DNA of 64,000 nt from Eledone cirrhosa (taxonomy: Eukaryota): the NCBI GenBank assembly GCA_964016885.1, contig OZ024752.1, forward strand, positions 8,680,001-8,744,000. Direction: 5' to 3'. A model generated the notes under the pieces. The model worked only from the letters and a program-made list of their open reading frames with translations. It was not told the DNA's origin and ran no database searches. The stretch's first letter is position 1; every line of letters starts with the position of its first letter. Shown here piece after piece: positions 62,956 to 64,000 of the stretch. The translations under genes and the position numbers were made by a program.

Positions 62956-64000
62956 ACTTATGCTGTGCCAATTCTAACGCCAACATTTGGCCTGCTGAAC
63001 TGGTCATTGCAAGAACTAAGTGAGATGGATGTTAGAACTCGCAAACTTCTCAGTGTTACTGGGAACTTTAACATCAATGGTGATGTGGATAGGCTATACT
63101 TCTCACGCAAGGAAGGTGGCCGGGGTCTAAAATGCATATTAACAACATATGAGACCCGGATACTAACACTGAAGCAACACCTTCAACAGAGGAAAAGGTT
63201 GGCAACCATCTTGCCCAGGTTTATGAGCATGAAAAAAAAATCATTAGAATAGCGACTGATCTGGAGGAGAGATATGGAATAAAGCCTGATATAAATCTCT
63301 CACCCAGAGAAATCGGAAGATCCTATTCAATGTTCAAACAAGATGAAAAAATTGACCAATTTACAGAAAAAGTTGTGCATGGATACTTGAGACGTAAAAC
63401 ACAGACCATAGAGGGGATAAACCACTCAAAAAGCCTAGCATGGAGTTCCGACAAGTTTATGACATCACACCTTGAGGGATATCTCTATGCAATACAGGAA
63501 CAAGAACTCCCTACCAAATATCTGCTGCACAAAAGGGGAGGGCCAGCAGCTGACAATAAATGTAGGCTATGTAAAACAAAGATCGAGGATGTAAGCCACA
63601 TTGTTGCCAGCTGCGAAAGAATGTCATCTCGCTACTACCTCCCCATGAGACACGATGGGATAGCTAGAACCATCTGGAACGCACTTCGGAAAACAAAATT
63701 AACAACAAACGAGGAAGAATATATTGAGACAGATGGCACTAAGGAATACTGGTGGAACCTGAAAATAAAAAACTGCCACCAAATTAAAGCACAACCGGCC
63801 TGATATTGTAGTTTGGGACCACACATTGAAAACGTGTTCTGTTGTGGAGATCAGCTGCCCACTTGATGTAAACGTTGTCAGAAAAATACAGGAGAAGGAG
63901 GACATCTACGGACCATTGATGAGGAGTTTACAAATCCAGTATCCAAGATACACCTTTAGCTTCATACCCATCATTATTGGAGCTACGGGTTATATACCAA
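62956..64000 (+). mobile_element. R4/Dong-like non-LTR retrotransposon (RT C-terminus, CCHC finger, RLE endonuclease); 5'-truncated, frameshifted, runs off the window
   Basis: YAVPIL...W...MDVRTRKLL...DVDRLYFSRKEGGRGL, AIQEQ..TKY, CRLC...E...SHIVASC, RHD, RPDIVVWD..VEISCP. Frameshifts near 63200-63240 and 63770. Adjacent to a (TACA)n tract. Confidence 0.85.

Overview
AT-rich, microsatellite-saturated metazoan DNA; the repeat content suggests an octopus-like cephalopod (inference). The only host gene seen is the first coding exon of a BMP/TGF-beta ligand, most like ADMP (7863-8499). No second exon was recognised, so the rest appears to be a >55 kb intron. The main signal is an array of Penelope-like elements (PLE) and hammerhead ribozymes (HHR) inserted into (TA)n tracts. 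It includes a ~10.7 kb head-to-head palindrome of a 5'-truncated Neptune-type PLE (RT + GIY-YIG) with an HHR near each outer end, and a 466-bp tandem array with one HHR per unit (retrozyme-like). At least eight unrelated short non-coding families share the same architecture: an inverted 5' arm, a minimal type I HHR with a palindromic stem III, an unpaired 60-135 nt 3' tail with a GAGTRCT-like motif, and (TA)n flanks. Also present: an R4/Dong-like RLE retrotransposon, RTE and Tx1-like fragments, tRNA-derived SINEs and minisatellites. All structures were read by eye and no database searches were run.
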